From positions 70,829 to 134,828 of the forward strand of contig CAVVGU010000002.1 of assembly GCA_963747875.1 (NCBI GenBank): 64,000 nucleotides of DNA. The letters are read 5' to 3'. This document shows, in pieces, positions 61,830-64,000 of this stretch; the stretch's first letter is position 1; each line of letters begins with the position of its first letter. The notes beneath the pieces are model-generated. The model was not told the origin of the DNA. It made no database searches and saw only the letters and a list, made by a program, of their open reading frames with translations. The stretch is from an uncultured Solirubrobacterales bacterium (GTDB lineage: Bacteria > Actinomycetota > Thermoleophilia > Solirubrobacterales > Solirubrobacteraceae). Position numbers and translations under genes: made by a program.

Positions 61830-62837
61830 CTACCGGACCAACCCCCAAGCCGCGGCATGAAACCTCTGCATCGGCCACCGCGCGAACGGTGGCAGGCCGA
61901 GCACGTACTGGCGTAGGATCAGCCCCCCCAACACGGCGTAGCCCAGGTCGGTGGGGTGAATGTCCACGAGCGGGGTGCACATGTTGGTCAGCAGGCAGAT
62001 CGTCGGCCGTTCACGTGGCCCCGGGGGGTTGAAGACCGGCAGCGGATCGGCGAAGCGGGCCCCCACCCCAGCGGCCACCGAGGCGATCACTTCGTTGAGC
62101 TCCCCCGTGAGCAGGTTCCCCCCGGAAATCGTTTCCCCAAACGGGTTGTAGAGACCGAGCACGATGATCTGCGCGTGCGGGGCCGCGGCGCGCAGCTCGC
62201 CCAGGATCAGACCCAGGTTGGCCCCGATGTGTGCGAACGTCGCCGGGGCGCCCGCAGCGATGCAGGCCGGTTCCAGTTTGCAGGTGCCCTCGATCAGACC
62301 CAGTGCGTCGTTGGCACCGATGTCGATCGTGATCGGATTCACGCTCCCCGGGTGCGCACCCAGGTAGCTCAAGGCATCCGCGAGCTGCGAGGTGCTCGGC
62401 CCACCGCTGTAGGGGTGGTGCAGGGGAAAGCCCTCCGCCACATATGGGCAGGGCCCTTCGATGAACGATTCCGTCGTCTCCCCCGGACAGCCGTCGTTGA
62501 CGGTCTGCAAACTCGGGTCGAACAGTTTCAGGACCTTCCCGAAGTCATCCACGTAGCCCGTGTCGTACTGCGAGGGTTCCTCGTTCGGGTAGAGGCTGTT
62601 GAACTTCGCCTGCGAGTACCCAAACGCGAGCGAGTCCCCCAGCGCGAGGTATGTCGTGGGCGGCGCCATGTGCCGGGCAACCGGCCGTGGCGGACCGTGC
62701 CACGACCCCGTCGCCCCCGCGGAGGGCACGAGCAGTACGAGTAACAGGGCGGACAGCGCCGTCAAGACGGACAGCGCCATCGCGAGTGCCACGCGGCGCC
62801 CCCTCAGACGTAAGTCAGAACGGAACCGGGCAGCCAT
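61830..62837 (-). CDS. secreted SGNH/GDSL-family hydrolase
   Basis: A signal/TM segment is followed by block I YLALGDSLAFGY and by GAND-type and terminal D..H (HPTDLGY) blocks. Confidence 0.8.
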   Translation of the reverse strand: MAARFRSDLRLRGRRVALAMALSVLTALSALLLVLLVPSAGATGSWHGPPRPVARHMAPPTTYLALGDSLAFGYSQAKFNSLYPNEEPSQYDTGYVDDFGKVLKLFDPSLQTVNDGCPGETTESFIEGPCPYVAEGFPLHHPYSGGPSTSQLADALSYLGAHPGSVNPITIDIGANDALGLIEGTCKLEPACIAAGAPATFAHIGANLGLILGELRAAAPHAQIIVLGLYNPFGETISGGNLLTGELNEVIASVAAGVGARFADPLPVFNPPGPRERPTICLLTNMCTPLVDIHPTDLGYAVLGGLILRQYVLGLPPFARWPMQRFHAAAWGLVR

Positions 62838-63156
62838 CGCATCCTCCCTCAGGCAGGTATGTCATCCACCGGACGAGCCAAGTCTCTGCACCCGCCCGGA
62901 GACCTGCACCCACCGTAGCTCGCCCCCATCAGCTTGTCAAACGGAAACTCGCGGTTCCCGTGAGCGCCCAATGGTCTCGCGGCTGCCCCGCGTCCAAGTT
63001 GCTTCGCGACTACTCCGCGTAAAACCCGAGCCCGCCGGCCCCTCCCAATCCGAGAGACGGCCGGCGCTGAACCCTCCACTGCGATCAAGCCTGCAACCCT
63101 TCCGAACGGCCCGGCCACCGGGGACGCGTGCCCCCGGTGGCCCACCGCCGCCGCGA

Positions 63157-63549
63157 TCAGCCGCGCTGGACGATCATGAAGTTGTTCCCGTCGGGGTCGC
63201 GGAAGAACAGCATCGGCGGCACAGGGTCTCCCATGCGCATCACGTCATCCACGTCGACTCCCTGGGCGCTGAGACTCGCATGGTCGGCATCCACGTCGTC
63301 CGTCGCGAAGCCCACCCGCGTCTGGATCCCAACCGGCTCCCCCTCGCGTGGGGGCACCAGCGCGATCGTCGTCGCCGCGCCCGGCGCGGCCACTTCTACC
63401 CAGCGTTCGCCACGTCCATATGGGATGTCCGCGCGCTTCTCGAAGCCGAGCTTCTGGATGTAGAACTCCAGTGCTCGATCCTGGTCGCTGACGGGGACCA
63501 TCACCGTCCCCACCTGGGTTATGCGGGTGCCAGTTGTCTTCTCGGGCAT
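63157..63549 (-). CDS. VOC (glyoxalase/bleomycin-resistance/dioxygenase) family protein
   Basis: The start is set at ATG 63549 (AGGAGG 6 nt upstream). VMVPVSDQDRALEFYIQKLGFE and FFRDPDGN are typical of the family. Confidence 0.8.
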   Translation of the reverse strand: MPEKTTGTRITQVGTVMVPVSDQDRALEFYIQKLGFEKRADIPYGRGERWVEVAAPGAATTIALVPPREGEPVGIQTRVGFATDDVDADHASLSAQGVDVDDVMRMGDPVPPMLFFRDPDGNNFMIVQRG

Positions 63550-63674
63550 ATCAATCCTCCTGTTCGTAGATCTCCGACAGTCCATTGCATTCTGCAACCA
63601 AAAAGATCGCGGGAGGCCACGAGCTCATCGGTCGCGATCGATGCGCCTGGGCACGGGCTCAGGATCGTGTCATC

Positions 63675-64000
63675 TCAGCTTGCTGGGACCGTGCTTCTCG
63701 CGTAGGACTCGATCATCTCGAGCACAGTCTCTTCGGCCTGGGGGCGGCTGAGCTGCATGTCGAGTCGCAGGAGCTTCCACACGAGCACGTCCGTGGCGAT
63801 GACGACGGCCGCGAGCCGGCGCTCTCTGGATGCCCGCCGCAGGCCGACGAGCAGCGGCTGGAAGACCCTGCTCGCCCAATCGCGGTGGTAGTCCCTGCCC
63901 CTGTCGGTGAGGTAGCGGACCGCGGGGATGCGGTCCTCCTGGGAGAGCATGCGCAGAATCGCCGTTCCGTGCGCCTCGTAGTGATCGAACACGTTGGCGA
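63675..64000 (-). CDS. TetR/AcrR-family regulator, C-terminal part only (5' end beyond the window)
   Basis: The helical C-terminal domain looks like a TetR ligand-binding domain. The HTH would lie outside the window, so this is tentative. Confidence 0.45.
   Translation of the reverse strand, partial: ANVFDHYEAHGTAILRMLSQEDRIPAVRYLTDRGRDYHRDWASRVFQPLLVGLRRASRERRLAAVVIATDVLVWKLLRLDMQLSRPQAEETVLEMIESYARSTVPAS

Overview
High-GC, actinobacterial-type chromosome segment. No searches were run, so every call rests on motifs read from the supplied translations and on DNA comparison by eye.

The two ends form a familiar conserved housekeeping block, almost all on the minus strand: tig-clpP-clpX ... 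folC-ndk-maf-mreBCD-pbp2-rodA-rne-rplU-rpmA-obg, then proB-proA-nadD-rsfS. A P450 gene lies at the left edge. USP, LysR, SGNH hydrolase, VOC and TetR genes lie at the right edge.

Between obg (stop 40825) and proB (start 5261) sits about 35.5 kb of accessory DNA. Its core (5512-39315, all minus strand) is the most interesting content. It holds four paralogous cassettes, and each encodes three things:
- Type B: a 1100-1280 aa secreted beta-propeller protein, with a head made of either Fn3-like repeats or NHL repeats.
- Type A: a 950-1100 aa secreted protein built from a four-fold Cys-motif module that I cannot place in any family. Its ATG overlaps the B stop as ATGA in 3 of 4 cassettes.
- Type R: a regulator that fuses a TetR-type N-terminal HTH to a C-terminal MarR-like winged helix. 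Two copies are intact, one has no canonical start codon, and one is an internal remnant.

The two outer cassettes also start with a secreted collagen-like (GXY) protein. All eight A and B proteins end in long Lys/Arg tails. These tails follow family-specific conserved motifs and have no hydrophobic anchor.

Three near-identical non-coding repeats of about 320-370 nt head the three apparent transcription units. Each carries a near-consensus promoter, a long leader, a 10-bp-stem hairpin and an (AG)10-11 microsatellite whose length differs between copies.

I read this as a candidate undescribed, regulator-equipped and possibly phase-variable cell-surface or extracellular structure system. That function is inference only.

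Smaller observations: a toxin-antitoxin-like pair plus an SDR gene bracketed by a ~30-nt direct repeat, in-frame low-complexity insertions in Obg and ProA, and several intergenic repeats and hairpins.
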